This document shows, piece by piece, positions 29,209 through 40,498 of a stretch of 64,000 nucleotides of DNA. The stretch's first letter is position 1. Every line of letters starts with the position of its first letter. The notes beneath the pieces were generated by a model. The model was not told the DNA's origin. It saw only the letters and a list, made by a program, of their open reading frames with translations, and ran no database searches. Source of the DNA: Candidatus Bruticola sp. (lineage in GTDB: Bacteria; Vulcanimicrobiota; Xenobia; Xenobiales; Xenobiaceae); contig JBJEGD010000004.1 of assembly GCA_051874735.1 (NCBI GenBank), positions 32,001 through 96,000 on the forward strand, written 5' to 3'. The translations under genes were made by a program, and so were the position numbers.

Positions 29209-29949
29209 ATGAGCACATCAGATTCAGATAATACTATATATGACAGCCTATCTTTTAGAGCTGAAATGGAAAAAATGCACAATCCCTTGCAAGCAGAACA
29301 GCTGCAGCGATTTTTTAAAACTGGTGTCGGACAGTATGGTTGGGGAGATATATTTTGGGGAATTAGAGTGCCAGAGATCAGAGCTTTGGTTAAGAAAAGT
29401 TGCCTTTCTCCGGTCGACAGCACTTATTTAGTAAAAGATAAAATCCATGAGGTGAGGTTAGCTGGTCTCCTCTTATGGCAAAAAAGTTTTGTTAAAGCTG
29501 GTAAAACTTCTTCATTAAGTTTGGAAATTCAGCAAGAGATCATCGATTTATATTTGAAGCACACTAAATACATAAATAATTGGGATTTAGTTGATCTTTC
29601 CGCCTCTATTTTAGGTACTTGGCTTTTAGATAAAGATCGTCACTTGTTGTATCAGTTGTCTGCTTCTGAAAATATGTGGGAACAGCGTATAGCAGTGGTT
29701 GCTTCCCATGTTTTTATAAAAAACGGACAATTTGAAGATACTCTAAGTTTGTGTCGTTTGTATTTTCACAGCCGCTTCGATTTAATACATAAAGCTTGCG
29801 GTTGGATGTTAAGAGAAATTGGCAAACGCGATCAGGCTGTTTTAGAAGCCTTTCTCCAAGAGCACAGACTAGATTTACCTAGAACAGCTTTGCGTTATGC
29901 TGTTGAGCGCTTAGACAGGGATAAGCGCGCTTATTTTATGAGAAAATAA
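29209..29949 (+). CDS. DNA alkylation repair enzyme (AlkD family)
   Basis: FFKTGVGQYG, INNWDLVD and IHKACGWMLRE motifs. Confidence 0.9.
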   Translation: MSTSDSDNTIYDSLSFRAEMEKMHNPLQAEQLQRFFKTGVGQYGWGDIFWGIRVPEIRALVKKSCLSPVDSTYLVKDKIHEVRLAGLLLWQKSFVKAGKTSSLSLEIQQEIIDLYLKHTKYINNWDLVDLSASILGTWLLDKDRHLLYQLSASENMWEQRIAVVASHVFIKNGQFEDTLSLCRLYFHSRFDLIHKACGWMLREIGKRDQAVLEAFLQEHRLDLPRTALRYAVERLDRDKRAYFMRK

Positions 29950-30157
29950 TTAACATAAATATTTTTTTTGATCTTATCTAAATTTACTGTTGCAGCAAAA
30001 TGGCCATAATAACGAGCTATAGCACTTTTAATGCGCACATCTTGTATATTTAGATTGTTAAAGACAAAAAGTAGTTTTATTCTTATAATAAATTAGAAGT
30101 TGTTATTATAGAGCTGAGTTTGTTACGGCTTAATTTGTAAGATAGGGAAGTCAATAT

Positions 30158-31798
30158 ATGACAAACACAGATAGTTGTAGAAAAGGGGCTTTAGTTCTGC
30201 CACATAATGATTGGGAACAATACGAAAAATATTATTCTGAATCAGAGCTTTTCATGCTGCTTAAGCGTTTAGCTGAGGCTTCAGGTGCCAAAATAAGTAT
30301 TTTAGTTTTGTGGAATGGTACTGATGAGTCTGCTAAATTTCATTCCTACAGTTACGGGTTGGAAAATTATCCTAGTGAGCGTTTCAGCACTTTGCTTACT
30401 CAAGCTGCTCAGAAGGTTCAGCGTTCTCCTTGGGATAGTTTCAGAGGAGAACACTTGCAGCGGAATCGGCGCTTGCAGCACAGTTTAGAAGTAGAAGCCT
30501 CCCGTTTAGGTATGGGCCGCTCTTATGCTCTGATCATGCCCGTCATGTTGGGAGGTGAGGCTGTTGGACTTTTTGGGCTTATCCACTCTCAAGATTTGCC
30601 CGCCTTTATGCATCGTTACCCCCAAATGTACAATTTAGTTCTCGATCGCTTAGAAGTGAGTGTGCGCCACGCTAATTTACTTTACAGTTTAATGCGTGAG
30701 CGCAGCTGGTTCGATACCATGTTAAATAATTCAAAAGATGGAGTGGCTATAGTAGACCGGGAGAGTAAAATCATCGGTATAAATCCCGCCTTAGAAGAAC
30801 TGAGCGATTGGGAAGTTGGGGAAGCTGTAGGGCAGCCTGTCTGCAAAATTCTACCTATAAGCTCACTTGGTGCCAGTAACGGCAGTTTTACTTCCAATAA
30901 AGGAGGCTCTAGTTTAGCCCTTTACAATCAGCCTAGTCCTATTCATTTAGCTATTAGTGCTGAGCCTGTTGAAGCTGTGCTTACCGACCGCAGTGGACAA
31001 AAAATTGACGTAGAAGTTATAGGTTTAACGGTGCGTGATGCTGCCGGCATTCCCAATGGTTGGGTTATGACTCTGCGAGACATTCGCAAGCGCAAAGAGA
31101 CAGAGCGCTTGGGAAAGGTTTTTCTTTCTGCCATGTCTCATGAACTGCAGACGCCTATTGCCGTTATAAAAGGATTCGCTGGTCTGATGAGTGATCCCGA
31201 AATAACTATGGACCAGGATACTATTCGTGAAAAGTCTAAAGTTATTTTGGAAGAAAGCGAACGCCTGCAGAAAATGGTTCGGCAAATGCTGGAAGCGGCT
31301 TCTATTCAGGCCGGGGGCATAAGTTTAAATTGTGATATGGTCGATTTAGAGGGAATCGTTGATCGCACATTACGTCGCCTCAGTGCTATAGCTGATGCCA
31401 AGAATATCAAATTGAGCAAAAAAATTATCGGCTCTATTCCTGCTGTTTGGGGAGATATTTCCCGCTTAGAACAAGTTATGACTAATTTGGTAGAAAATGC
31501 CGTAAAATACAGTACTCAGGGGGAAGTTATTGTAGAGTTGAAAGAGCAGCCCTTGGGGGTAAAGGTTTCGGTTATTGATGAGGGTCCAGGTGTTAGTGAT
31601 GAAGAGGCCAGGAATATTTTTGGTCTGTTTGAGCGCGGGCAGGAAATGAAGAAAAAAGTACGCGGTAGCGGATTAGGATTATTTATATCTAAGGCTATAA
31701 TCGATGCTCACGGTGGTAATATTGGGGTAACCCATGGAGTTGGCGGCGGATCTTGCTTTTATTTCAGTATACCTTGCAGGGAGGGTAAAAAATTATGA
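30158..31798 (+). CDS. Cytoplasmic sensor histidine kinase (GAF-like, PAS, HisKA, HATPase)
   Basis: SHELQTP H-box, NLVENAVKYS, DEGPG, GSGLGL; PAS segment DGVAIVD; no transmembrane helices seen. Confidence 0.92.
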   Translation: MTNTDSCRKGALVLPHNDWEQYEKYYSESELFMLLKRLAEASGAKISILVLWNGTDESAKFHSYSYGLENYPSERFSTLLTQAAQKVQRSPWDSFRGEHLQRNRRLQHSLEVEASRLGMGRSYALIMPVMLGGEAVGLFGLIHSQDLPAFMHRYPQMYNLVLDRLEVSVRHANLLYSLMRERSWFDTMLNNSKDGVAIVDRESKIIGINPALEELSDWEVGEAVGQPVCKILPISSLGASNGSFTSNKGGSSLALYNQPSPIHLAISAEPVEAVLTDRSGQKIDVEVIGLTVRDAAGIPNGWVMTLRDIRKRKETERLGKVFLSAMSHELQTPIAVIKGFAGLMSDPEITMDQDTIREKSKVILEESERLQKMVRQMLEAASIQAGGISLNCDMVDLEGIVDRTLRRLSAIADAKNIKLSKKIIGSIPAVWGDISRLEQVMTNLVENAVKYSTQGEVIVELKEQPLGVKVSVIDEGPGVSDEEARNIFGLFERGQEMKKKVRGSGLGLFISKAIIDAHGGNIGVTHGVGGGSCFYFSIPCREGKKL

Positions 31799-32535
31799 TA
31801 ACTTCAGTGCCATCATATAAAGGGAGGCGTATAGTTGCCGTTGAGGATGATCCTCATGTTTTAGATTTAATTAGGACTACTTTGGAAAGTGCTGGTTTTG
31901 TAGTTTCCGGGGCTACTACTGGAATGGAGGGGACCAGGCGCATTCGAGACGAACTTCCCGATTTAGTGCTTCTTGATGTCAACCTTCCCGACATGTCAGG
32001 TTTTGATGTTTTGGAAGATGTGCGCCGTTCGTTAGGTATACCTTGTATCATGCTGACTGTTCAAGATAACGAAGATGCCAGAGTGCGCGGATTGGAGTTA
32101 GGAGCCGACGATTACATTGGTAAACCTTTTGGCCACCGAGAGCTAGTCAGCCGCATTAAGGCTGTACTGCGCCGTCTTGATACTCCGGCCCCTTTGGCCC
32201 GAAATAGAGTTGCTATCGATTCTAGATTAACGGTCGATTTTGATCGCCGTTTAGCTGAGGTAGATGGTCAGGAGATTCACCTGCGTCCTACTGAATACAA
32301 GCTGCTGCATCATTTTGTTAATCATCCCGGCAAGCTGCTCAGCCATGAAAATTTGCTTTCTAGAGTTTGGGGGCCGGAGTATAGAGATGATACTCAGCTT
32401 TTGCGCCTGTATGTCAATTATTTGCGTAAAAAAATCGAAATAGATCCTGCTAACCCCCGCTATATTTTTAATGAACGTGGGTTAGGATATCGCTTTTGTG
32501 AATACGAAAAAAACGATAAGGAAAACAGAAGCTAA
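31795..32535 (+). CDS. OmpR/PhoB-family response regulator
   Basis: Receiver VEDD..LLD..GADDYIGKPF and winged helix LRKKIE..RGLGY; overlaps the kinase stop. Confidence 0.93.
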   Translation: MITSVPSYKGRRIVAVEDDPHVLDLIRTTLESAGFVVSGATTGMEGTRRIRDELPDLVLLDVNLPDMSGFDVLEDVRRSLGIPCIMLTVQDNEDARVRGLELGADDYIGKPFGHRELVSRIKAVLRRLDTPAPLARNRVAIDSRLTVDFDRRLAEVDGQEIHLRPTEYKLLHHFVNHPGKLLSHENLLSRVWGPEYRDDTQLLRLYVNYLRKKIEIDPANPRYIFNERGLGYRFCEYEKNDKENRS

Positions 32536-32563
32536 TTTTATAAATTAGTCACAGTTTTTCGTG

Positions 32564-32592
32564 TTGACTTCTTACTTGACAAATGCTAAAAT
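32564..32592 (+). promoter_or_regulatory. Sigma70-type promoter of rpsL
   Basis: TTGACT-N17-TAAAAT with an extended TG. Confidence 0.7.
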
Positions 32593-32747
32593 TTCGTAGC
32601 TTTTCTGGGAGAATATCCAGAGCAATATAGTTTTTAGTTATTTACCGACTGTGAAAGAGCCTGCTCTCTTTGTTTTGGGTGCTTTAGCAAGAGAGGCACA
32701 ATTTTATCTGGAGCAGGCAAGGTCGGCAAAAGTTTGAGGAGTAATTT

Positions 32748-33176
32748 ATGCCCACTATTAATCAGTTGGTGCGTTACGGTCGTAGAAAGCCTGTTTATAA
32801 GAGCAAGGCCCCCGCATTGCACTTCTCCAACAACTCTCTGCTTATGAAGAGAATTGATACTGGAGGAAACCCGCAGAAGCAGGGTGTATGCACTCAGGTC
32901 AAAACCGTTACACCTAAGAAACCTAACTCCGCTATGCGTAAAGTCGCTCGTGTGCGTCTTACCAACGGTATTGAAGTGACCGCTTATATTCCCGGTATTG
33001 GTCACAATCTCCAGGAACACTCCGTAGTCCTCATTAGAGGCGGACGTGTAAAGGACCTCCCTGGTGTACGTTATCATATCGTTCGTGGTACTTTGGATGC
33101 CGGCGGTGTAGCTAATCGTCGTCAGGGACGTTCCAAGTATGGCGCTAAGCGTCCTAAGGACGCCAAGAAGAAGTAG
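32748..33176 (+). CDS. rpsL: 30S ribosomal protein S12
   Basis: [17 protein letters not shown] and [10 protein letters not shown]. Confidence 0.99.
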   Translation: MPTINQLVRYGRRKPVYKSKAPALHFSNNSLLMKRIDTGGNPQKQGVCTQVKTVTPKKPNSAMRKVARVRLTNGIEVTAYIPGIGHNLQEHSVVLIRGGRVKDLPGVRYHIVRGTLDAGGVANRRQGRSKYGAKRPKDAKKK

Positions 33177-33337
33177 TCTCTCTGCCCGTAAGCGGCTCTG
33201 AACTCTTTTTTGTGCATATCCTCTGTAAGAGGACTTGCAGCTCTTGCAGTTTTAATAATAAAGCTTAAAATTTTTGTCCTGCAGTCCAGCTTGATCTAGG
33301 GGTTAGGCGGATTGCAGTAGACGGAGGAGACAGATCA

Positions 33338-33808
33338 ATGTCTAGAAATCGCCGCGCACCTAAGAGGATTACTATTCCTGATCCGGTGTACCATGATGAA
33401 AGATTAACTAAGTTCATCAACCGCGTTATGCAGCGTGGTAAGAAGAGCGTCGCTGAGAAGATTGTTTACGGTGCTTTAGAAATCGTCGCTCAGAAAACTG
33501 GCAAAGATGCTATGAGCGTTTTTGCTGAGGCTATGGAAAATGCTATGCCCACCGTAGAGGTTCGTCCTCGTCGTGTAGGTGGCGCCACTTATCAGGTTCC
33601 TGTAGAAGTTCGTGAAGAGCGCCGCACCAGTTTAGGTATGCGTTGGATTCTCGCTAGTGCTAGAACTAGAGCCGGACATACCATGCGCGAGAGATTGGCC
33701 GATGAACTCATCGACACTTCCAAAGGCATCGGTAAGGCCGTTAAGAAGAAGGAAGAGACTCATCGTATGGCTGAAGCTAACAAGGCTTTCGCTCACTATC
33801 GCTGGTAA
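33338..33808 (+). CDS. rpsG: 30S ribosomal protein S7
   Basis: [11 protein letters not shown] and [13 protein letters not shown]. Confidence 0.99.
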   Translation: MSRNRRAPKRITIPDPVYHDERLTKFINRVMQRGKKSVAEKIVYGALEIVAQKTGKDAMSVFAEAMENAMPTVEVRPRRVGGATYQVPVEVREERRTSLGMRWILASARTRAGHTMRERLADELIDTSKGIGKAVKKKEETHRMAEANKAFAHYRW

Positions 33809-33840
33809 TTCTTCTCGGTAATTTTATTTTTGCTGAATAG

Positions 33841-33891
33841 GGGCGGAACTTGCCGTTTTTATTGCGGAAAGTTCCGCCTTACTAGGTTTTT
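33841..33891 (+). terminator. Terminator-like hairpin after rpsG
   Basis: GGCGGAACTT / AAGTTCCGCC stem with Ts downstream. Confidence 0.6.
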
Positions 33892-34540
33892 ATTGGACAC
33901 ATTTTGCTTGCTTTAAGGCAGCTTGCAGCATAAGCTTATTTTGTTTTGCTTCGCTTGAGTTAAAAAAAGACTGAACCTCTTCCACCAATCTCTTTTACAT
34001 GTTTAACCCTGTTTGGTAACATAAATTTATTAGAGCTCAGTTCGTTTTTTTTCTATTTTTTGAGAGCTGTATCCATTAAAAATTCCGGAATGAATCTTGA
34101 ACTGCAATTTTAAAGAATTGTTCTGCAGCGCTTTGAGTTTGCCATAGGCAGGGAGTGCTTCTCTAGAAATTTGTTTACAAATTTGTATATGATGCTTGTT
34201 GTAACGGGGAAGCTCTTATCCTTTGCTGCAGGAAGAATATTGTAAAAGATTTGCGCTTGTACCGATAAAGACTGGTATGGCGCTTTTTTTGAGATTGCTG
34301 CATGAATCGTGCAGATTGTCTATTGTTCAGCTGATAATACCGAAAATTGGTTGCTGCTGTTATATATGTTTTTTTTGACTAATTAATAAGCAGTTTATTG
34401 TCCAATATGCGGTGGCTGCAGTTTTAACAATTGATTGAAACGATCTGTATAATTAGATCAGTTTAATATGCTAGAGGCGGAAGGGGGGGAGACGGCTGAA
34501 TAAAAAAGTCGGATTTTTAAGTTATTTTATGCTGAAAAGA
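33892..34540. ncRNA. Candidate large structured non-coding RNA or leader in the rpsG-fusA spacer
   Basis: No ORF of 60 aa or more; multiple nested complementary segments (see findings). Confidence 0.3.
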
Positions 34541-34631
34541 ATTGGGGCTGCCAACATTTATGAGCCAAAGTAACAATACAAGCTCATTAGAAAAAACAGA
34601 TCTCGCTAATGAGATAGTCAGGAATACGTGT

Positions 34632-36722
34632 GTGACTACTAAAGAAGATATAGATCTAGCAAAAGTGCGCAATATAGGTATCGCTGCGCACATCGATGCC
34701 GGTAAAACTACTACTACGGAAAGAATTCTTTTCTATACCGGTAGAACCCATAGAATTGGAGATGTCGACGCCGGATCAGCCACTATGGACTGGATGATTC
34801 AGGAAAAAGAACGAGGCATTACTATTACTTCTGCTGTTACTACTGCCAGGTGGCGCGAACACATAATCAATGTTATTGATACTCCCGGACACGTTGATTT
34901 TACGGTAGAAGTTGAACGCTCTCTGCGTGTACTCGATGGTATGGTGGCTGTTTTTTGCGCTGTAGGCGGAGTACAGCCTCAGTCGGAGACGGTCTGGCGT
35001 CAGGCTGATCGCTATAAAGTTCCTCGTATAGCTTACGTTAATAAGATGGATCGTACAGGAGCTAATTTCTTAAATGTAGTTGAGAAAATGGCCGAACGTT
35101 TCGGGGCGAATGCTGTTCCTTGTCAGCTTCCTATTGGCGCCGAAGCCGATTTCGTGGGTATGATCGATCTTGTTACTATGAAAGCTCGTGTTTATCTCGA
35201 TGAGCTAGGGCAGCAATTTGAAGATCGTGAAATTCCTGCCGACATGCTGGAACAGGCTCAGGAGTACCGTGAAAAAATGGTCGCTGAAGCTGCTGAAGGC
35301 GAAGATGAGCTCACTGAAAAGTTCCTCTTAGGTGAAGCTCTTACTGAAGAGGAAATTCGCCGCGGTTTAAGGGTGCGTTGCATTAAAAATGAAATAGTGC
35401 CTGTGTTTTGCGGTTCTTCCTTTAAAAACAAGGGAGTGCAATTCCTTTTAGACGCTATTGTAGATTATTTGCCCTCTCCTTTAGAAATCCCCGAAATTCA
35501 AGCTCACAGTGCTGTAGATGATGAGGTCGTTGTGCGCAAAGGCTTGGTAGAGGAGCCTTTAGCGGCTTTGGTATTTAAGATTGCCACAGATCCTTTTGTC
35601 GGTAAATTAGCCTTTGTGCGCGTCTATTCTGGAGTACTTAGCGTAGGTAGTGCTGTACTTAATTCTATAAAAGGCAAAAGGGAGCGCATCGGCCGTTTGG
35701 TGCGCATGCATGCTGATCATAGAGAAGATGTTATGGAACTTCACGCTGGTGAATTAGGCGGGGTTTTAGGACTAAAAATTTCCACCACTGGAGATACTCT
35801 TTGCGATGAAAAGACTCCCATCAAACTGGAGAACATTACTTTCCCTGATCCCGTGATTTCAGTCGCTATTGAACCTAAATCTAAGGCAGATCAAGATCGC
35901 ATGGGAGTCGCTTTGAGTAAGCTGGCCGATGAAGATCCTACGTTTAGAACTAGCACTAATCCTGATACCGGACAAACTATGATCGCTGGTATGGGCGAAC
36001 TTCATTTAGACATTATTGTGGATAGATTGCTTCGTGAATTCCAGGTTGATGCAAATGTAGGGCGTCCTCAAGTCGCTTATAAAGAGGCTGTGCGCAAGAC
36101 GGTTAAAGCTGAGGGGCGTTTTGTGCGTCAAACAGGCGGACGTGGTCAGTTTGGTCATGTTTGGCTGGAGGTCTCGCCTTTAGAGCCTGGCAGCGGATTC
36201 CAATTTGAAAGTAAAGTTGTGGGCGGTACGGTTCCCAAAGAATATTTTAAGGCGGTTGAACAAGGCTGCCGAGAAGCTGCTCAGTGCGGAGTTTTAGCCG
36301 GTTTTCCTGTCGTAGATGTAAAAGTTGTACTGTTTGACGGCTCTTACCATGAAGTAGACTCTTCAGAAATGGCTTTCAAAGTTGCCGGTTCAATGGCTTT
36401 TCGGGAAGCGTTGAGCCAGAATGATTGCTATATAAAAGAGCCTATCATGAAGGTTGAAATAGAAGTTCCCGATAGCTATTTGGGCGATGTTATCGGTGAT
36501 ATAAACGGGCGTCGCGGTAAAATTGAGAGCTTGGACGTAGATAGCAACAATATTCAAATTATTAAGGCTCAAGCTCCTTTAGCTGAAATGTTTGGTTATA
36601 CTACCTCTTTGCGTAATATTTCTCAGGGGCGCGGAACTGCTTCCATGGAATTCGGTTTCTATGCTGAAGTGCCCAAGAATATCCAAGATCAGATAATTAA
36701 TCGCATTACTGGTCGCTTCTAG
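34632..36722 (+). CDS. fusA: Elongation factor G
   Basis: [36 protein letters not shown] 34632 after AGGA gives a typical N-terminus; ATG 34560 is the alternative. Confidence 0.97.
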   Translation: MTTKEDIDLAKVRNIGIAAHIDAGKTTTTERILFYTGRTHRIGDVDAGSATMDWMIQEKERGITITSAVTTARWREHIINVIDTPGHVDFTVEVERSLRVLDGMVAVFCAVGGVQPQSETVWRQADRYKVPRIAYVNKMDRTGANFLNVVEKMAERFGANAVPCQLPIGAEADFVGMIDLVTMKARVYLDELGQQFEDREIPADMLEQAQEYREKMVAEAAEGEDELTEKFLLGEALTEEEIRRGLRVRCIKNEIVPVFCGSSFKNKGVQFLLDAIVDYLPSPLEIPEIQAHSAVDDEVVVRKGLVEEPLAALVFKIATDPFVGKLAFVRVYSGVLSVGSAVLNSIKGKRERIGRLVRMHADHREDVMELHAGELGGVLGLKISTTGDTLCDEKTPIKLENITFPDPVISVAIEPKSKADQDRMGVALSKLADEDPTFRTSTNPDTGQTMIAGMGELHLDIIVDRLLREFQVDANVGRPQVAYKEAVRKTVKAEGRFVRQTGGRGQFGHVWLEVSPLEPGSGFQFESKVVGGTVPKEYFKAVEQGCREAAQCGVLAGFPVVDVKVVLFDGSYHEVDSSEMAFKVAGSMAFREALSQNDCYIKEPIMKVEIEVPDSYLGDVIGDINGRRGKIESLDVDSNNIQIIKAQAPLAEMFGYTTSLRNISQGRGTASMEFGFYAEVPKNIQDQIINRITGRF

Positions 36723-36734
36723 TTTATTTAATTT

Positions 36735-36782
36735 AAAAGCGCAGAAAGTGAAACTTTAGAGTCTCTTTCTGCGCTTTTTTTT
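36735..36782 (+). terminator. Intrinsic terminator after fusA
   Basis: AAAAGCGCAGAAAG / CTTTCTGCGCTTTT plus T run. Confidence 0.8.
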
Positions 36783-36886
36783 GTTTGTGTGTACTAATAA
36801 ATTCATTTTTCGTTTTTTTTTATTTCATACTGGCAGGAATGAGATAGAAAAACGAAAATAAAAGAGCCCAAATCATTTAGAAGCAC

Positions 36887-36915
36887 TTTACAAGACGGGT
36901 TGTTTGGAGTAGAAT
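36887..36915 (+). promoter_or_regulatory. Sigma70-type promoter of tuf
   Basis: TTTACA-N17-TAGAAT. Confidence 0.7.
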
Positions 36916-37085
36916 CCCACGCAGGGTGTATTCTTTTTTATGGGCTCCTGCACATTCTTTTCTTTGTTAGCTCAGGGCCCAGAACAGTAGGCTCCTTGAA
37001 GGGCCAGTCTTATAGAGATTTTTAAACTACTAAAGAGTAAAATTCCGAGAGGGCCAGTCTGCTTTCTCGGACTGGAGGAATAATA

Positions 37086-38288
37086 ATGGGTAAAGAGCAT
37101 TTTGTTCGTAGTAAGCCTCACGTAAACGTAGGTACTATCGGACACGTAGACCACGGTAAAACCACTCTCACCGCCGCTATCTTAACAGTCCTCGCTAAGG
37201 CTGGACAGGCTGAGTTTAAGCCGGTTGACGAAATTGACGGCGCTCCTGAAGAGAAGGCTCGTGGTATCACGATTGCTATCTGCCACGTGGAGTACGAGAC
37301 TGAAAAGCGTCACTACGCTCACGTAGACTGCCCCGGACACGCTGACTACATTAAGAATATGATCACCGGTGCTGCTCAGATGGACGGTGCTATTCTGGTT
37401 GTAGCCGCCACTGATGGTCCTATGCCTCAGACCCGTGAGCACATCCTCCTCGCCCGCCAGGTGAACGTACCCGCCTTGGTCGTATTCTTAAACAAGTGCG
37501 ACATGGTAGATGACCCTGAGTTGGTAGAACTTGTTGAGATGGAACTTCGTGAGCTCCTTTCCAGCTACGAGTTCGATGGCGACAACACACCCATCATTTG
37601 CGGTTCCGCTCTTAAAGCTTTAGAGTGCGGTTGCGGTAGCAGAGAGTGCAAGTGGTGCGGAGCTATCTGGAAGCTCCTCGACGCTGTAGACACTTGGATC
37701 CCTGAGCCTGAGCGCCCCGTTGATCAGCCCTTCTTGCTTCCCGTTGAAGACGTCTTCACCATCACCGGCCGCGGTACTGTTGCTACCGGTCGTGTAGAGC
37801 GTGGTAAGATTCATACCGGCGAAGAAGTTGAGATCGTCGGTATTCACGAAGAGACCCGCAAGGTCGTAGTAACCGGTGTCGAGATGTTCCACAAAATTCT
37901 CGATGAAGGTATGGCTGGTGACAACGTCGGTGTATTGCTCCGCGGCGTAGAGCGCAAAGATATCGTTCGCGGTATGGTTTTGGCTAAACCCAACTCCATT
38001 AAGCCTCACACCAAGTTTGTGGCCCGCGTTATGGTTCTTAAGAAGGAAGAGGGCGGCCGTCATAAGCCCTTCTTCGATGGCTATCGTCCTCAGTTCTATT
38101 TCCGCACGACCGACGTAACCGGTACCATTCATTTACCTGAAGGTGTAGAGATGGTAATGCCTGGTGACCATATTGATATGACCGTTGAGCTCATTCAGCA
38201 CATCGCCATTGAGAAGAACCTCCGCTTCGCTATCCGTGAAGGCGGCAGAACCGTTGGCGCTGGTGTCGTAACCGAGATCATCGAGTAG
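37086..38288 (+). CDS. tuf: Elongation factor Tu
   Basis: [17 protein letters not shown] and [13 protein letters not shown]. Confidence 0.99.
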   Translation: MGKEHFVRSKPHVNVGTIGHVDHGKTTLTAAILTVLAKAGQAEFKPVDEIDGAPEEKARGITIAICHVEYETEKRHYAHVDCPGHADYIKNMITGAAQMDGAILVVAATDGPMPQTREHILLARQVNVPALVVFLNKCDMVDDPELVELVEMELRELLSSYEFDGDNTPIICGSALKALECGCGSRECKWCGAIWKLLDAVDTWIPEPERPVDQPFLLPVEDVFTITGRGTVATGRVERGKIHTGEEVEIVGIHEETRKVVVTGVEMFHKILDEGMAGDNVGVLLRGVERKDIVRGMVLAKPNSIKPHTKFVARVMVLKKEEGGRHKPFFDGYRPQFYFRTTDVTGTIHLPEGVEMVMPGDHIDMTVELIQHIAIEKNLRFAIREGGRTVGAGVVTEIIE

Positions 38289-38386
38289 GTTTTGTAAGTA
38301 GATCACTACTGAAATTTTGTCATCCGGTTCTTTGTGCTTTACTTAGGGCCGGATGATAAGTTGTGATCTGTCCATTAGGAGGAAAA

Positions 38387-38698
38387 ATGTCCAAACAGAG
38401 GATCCGTATTCGTCTTAAAGCCTTTGACTATGCGCTTTTAGATGATTCGGCCGAAAAGATTGTGCAGATCGCCCGTCAGACTGGCGCTCACATTTCCGGT
38501 CCCGTGCCCCTTCCTACCGAGAAGAATGTATGGTGCGTAAACCGTTCTCCCTTCGTCGATAAGAAGTCCCGTGAGCACTTTGAGATCCGTACCCACAAGC
38601 GTTTAATCGATATCTATTTCGATCAGTCTCAGAAGACTATCGAGCAGCTTATGAAGGTTGATCTTCCTGCTGGCGTCGATATTGAAATTAGAGGTTAA
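38387..38698 (+). CDS. rpsJ: 30S ribosomal protein S10
   Basis: [17 protein letters not shown] and [12 protein letters not shown]. Confidence 0.99.
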   Translation: MSKQRIRIRLKAFDYALLDDSAEKIVQIARQTGAHISGPVPLPTEKNVWCVNRSPFVDKKSREHFEIRTHKRLIDIYFDQSQKTIEQLMKVDLPAGVDIEIRG

Positions 38699-38814
38699 TC
38701 AGCCAGCCAAGGCAACTTCTGTTGTCTTGCAGCCGCTGGGTAAGGACTAGGTCGATTGTCCGCAAGCTGCATCCCACCTCGCTTGAAAGCGAGTAAGAAA
38801 ATAGAGGAATAACA

Positions 38815-39438
38815 ATGAAGGCCATTTTAGGCAAAAAGCTTGGTATGACTCAGGTTTACGACGAGAAAGGCGTAATTGTTCCCGTCACCGTTCTCGAGGC
38901 TGGTCCCTGCGTCGTAGTTCAAAAGCGCACCAAAGAAAATGACGGTTACGAAGCCATTCAGGTTGGTTTCGGCGAAATCCGTGACAAATTAGTAAATAAG
39001 CCCCGTGCTGGTCATTTCGCTAAGCATGGCGTAGCCAATAAGCGTTACTTAAGAGAATTCCGTTTAGATGATTCCGCTTCTTACGAGGTTGGTCAGGAAA
39101 TAAAGGTTGATGTCTTCCAGGCCGGCGATAAAGTAGATGTAATGGGAACCTCTAAAGGTAAAGGTTTCCAGGGCGGTATGAAGAGACATAATTTTGGCGG
39201 CGGCGGCAATTCTCACGGTTCCATGTCTCACCGTGTGCCTGCTTCCAGCGGTGCTACTGATGCTGCTCGTGTGTTCCCTGGCACCAGAAAGCCTGGTCAT
39301 ATGGGTGATGTCCGCGTAACAACTCAGGGACTTACCGTTGTTCGCGTAGATTTAGAGCGCAACGTATTGTTAGTTAAAGGCTCAGTCCCCGGTCCGAACC
39401 AAGGTTTGGTCACTATTCGTACTTCTGTTAAGAAGTAA
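38815..39438 (+). CDS. rplC: 50S ribosomal protein L3
   Basis: GKKLGMTQ and SKGKGFQG. Confidence 0.99.
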   Translation: MKAILGKKLGMTQVYDEKGVIVPVTVLEAGPCVVVQKRTKENDGYEAIQVGFGEIRDKLVNKPRAGHFAKHGVANKRYLREFRLDDSASYEVGQEIKVDVFQAGDKVDVMGTSKGKGFQGGMKRHNFGGGGNSHGSMSHRVPASSGATDAARVFPGTRKPGHMGDVRVTTQGLTVVRVDLERNVLLVKGSVPGPNQGLVTIRTSVKK

Positions 39439-39470
39439 AAACAGTTTCAGGAAAGGCTCAGGAAATTACG

Positions 39471-40103
39471 ATGCCTAAGGTATCCCTTTATAATATGAAG
39501 GGCGAGACTGTTGGGGAGCTGGAGCTCAACCAAGAAGTCTTCGCCGTGCCTTATAATGAGGCACTCATTCACCAAGTAATGGTTTCTATGCGCGCTAATC
39601 AGCGTCAGGGAAATGCTAAAACTAAAACTCGTGGAGAAGTTTCTGGTGGAGGAAGAAAACCTTTCCGTCAGAAGGGCACTGGTATGGCCCGTCAGGGTTC
39701 CAGACGTTCTCCTCTTATGCGTGGTGGTGCCATCACTTTCGGCCCCGTAGTGCGCAGCTATACTCAGTCTATTCCCCGCAAGATGCGCCGCTTAGCTTTG
39801 TGCAGCGCTCTTTCTAAGCGCGTGGACGAGTCCTTAATGACTGCTCTGGACAGTCTTAAGATGGACGAATATAAAACCAAAGCTTTCATCTCCGTTTTAG
39901 ATGCTATTAAAGCTCAGCCTGCCGAAGGCCGCGTTTTGGTCGTTCTCAACGGAGCTGATAAGGTAACTTTGAAGTCTGCTGCTAATATCCCCAATGTTCG
40001 CGTGGTTGAAGCTCGCAATTTGAACTTGCTGGATGTTATCGATTATCCCAGACTCGTTGCCACTCAGTCCGCTTTGAAAGCTATCGAGGAGGGTTTGGCA
40101 TAA
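39471..40103 (+). CDS. rplD: 50S ribosomal protein L4
   Basis: EVSGGGRKPFRQKGTG. Confidence 0.99.
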   Translation: MPKVSLYNMKGETVGELELNQEVFAVPYNEALIHQVMVSMRANQRQGNAKTKTRGEVSGGGRKPFRQKGTGMARQGSRRSPLMRGGAITFGPVVRSYTQSIPRKMRRLALCSALSKRVDESLMTALDSLKMDEYKTKAFISVLDAIKAQPAEGRVLVVLNGADKVTLKSAANIPNVRVVEARNLNLLDVIDYPRLVATQSALKAIEEGLA

Positions 40104-40441
40104 TGGCAATTCAGAAGATTCCCAGTAGCGTACATAATCTTCGCTACAGCACTCACGATGTGTTGCTTCGCCCCCTTATCACTGAAAAGAGCATGGAACA
40201 GCATGCTGATAATAAGTACACCTTCTTGGTGGATCTTAGAGCTAACAAGTTTGATATTCGCAACGCTGTTGAGTCCATGTTTAATGTGACTGTTACTAAG
40301 GTAACTACTGTTCGTGTGAGAGGCAAAGTTAAGAGACGCGGTCGCGTTTATGGTAAGCGTCCCGATTATAAGAAGGCTTATGTCTCTATAAAGGCCGGTG
40401 ACAAGATTGAAGTAGCCGGTGCTCCTTTGTTCGAGAATTAG
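40103..40441 (+). CDS. rplW: 50S ribosomal protein L23
   Basis: PLITEKS, NKYTF and YKKAYV. Confidence 0.97.
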   Translation: MAIQKIPSSVHNLRYSTHDVLLRPLITEKSMEQHADNKYTFLVDLRANKFDIRNAVESMFNVTVTKVTTVRVRGKVKRRGRVYGKRPDYKKAYVSIKAGDKIEVAGAPLFEN

Positions 40442-40457
40442 TTTTCGGCCCGATGAG

Positions 40458-40498
40458 ATAAATAGACCAGGCTAACTAGGCCTGGTCTATTTATTTTT
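40458..40498 (+). terminator. Intrinsic terminator between rplW and rplB
   Basis: Perfect 15-bp stem ATAAATAGACCAGGC / GCCTGGTCTATTTAT plus Ts. Confidence 0.8.

Noticed and set aside
33839-33987. GGGGCGG...TCCACCA resembling tmRNA or tRNA ends
   Set aside because: No T-arm (GTTCRA) and the putative acceptor strands do not pair
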